Source of the DNA: Eledone cirrhosa
Taxonomy: Eukaryota
Length of the DNA: 64,000 bases
Direction of reading: 5' to 3'
NCBI GenBank assembly: GCA_964016885.1
Contig: CAXHJY010000514.1
Location: forward strand, 186,001-250,000
Shown: one piece after another, positions 63,734-64,000 of the stretch
Layout of the letters: every line of letters starts with the position of its first letter
Numbering within the stretch: position 1 is the stretch's first letter
Notes under the pieces: model-generated
Databases searched by the model: none
What the model was told of the DNA's origin: nothing
Seen by the model: only the letters and a program-made list of their open reading frames with translations
Program-made: the position numbers and the translations under genes

Positions 63734-64000
63734 TAAAGAATGCAAATGCAAAAGATATTGTTGACAATTCGTCTTTTATCTTAGATTTATTTAAATGTCC
63801 TTAATTTTCGAGATAATATCTCTTCTTCGGGGGGAAGTAAAGCGGTTAAACGAGTGTTCTAAACAAGCTATTTAGAACACTGGTTTAACCACTTTACTTC
63901 TTTCCGAAGAAGAGATATTATCTCGAAAATTAAGGACATTTAAATTAATCTAAGGTAAAAGACTAATTGTCAACAATATCTTTTGCGTTTGCATTCTTTA
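63734..64000. repeat. Long imperfect palindrome (arms >=130 bp, 7-nt loop) with two divergent hammerheads
   Basis: Centre gtgttctaaa-caagcta-tttagaacac. The motif CCGAAGA-A-GAGA(TATTA)TCTC-GAAA-AT-TA-AGGA occurs on + (63900-63936) and on - (63798-63834). The palindrome runs off the window end. Confidence 0.88.

Overview
AT-rich eukaryotic (animal) non-coding DNA. The SINE types and repeat landscape suggest an octopod cephalopod, which is an inference. No host protein-coding gene can be supported; there is one candidate exon at 18184-18283. The left ~25 kb holds old decayed repeats: a Helitron Rep fragment, pogo and CRE-like relics, MITEs, SINEs and RTE tails. The right ~39 kb is a mosaic of (TA)n tracts carrying younger elements: a full-length Tx1/L1-clade LINE in (TTA)n, two near-full-length RTE LINEs plus fragments, an IR/DR Tc1 transposon, CORE- and Meta-type tRNA SINEs, and a 5'-truncated Penelope-like element (RT + GIY-YIG). 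The main hidden signal is about 20 minimal type-I hammerhead ribozyme motifs, intact to degenerate, found by eye mostly in the short islands between (TA)n tracts. They belong to the Penelope pseudo-LTR and to several apparently non-coding retrozyme-like families. The clearest family is a ~450-490 bp terminally redundant unit present at four loci (13.1, 38.1, 49.6, 56.9 kb), with stem covariation and fold-back 5' inversions at different breakpoints. All alignments and folds were done by eye; coordinates of degenerate elements are approximate.
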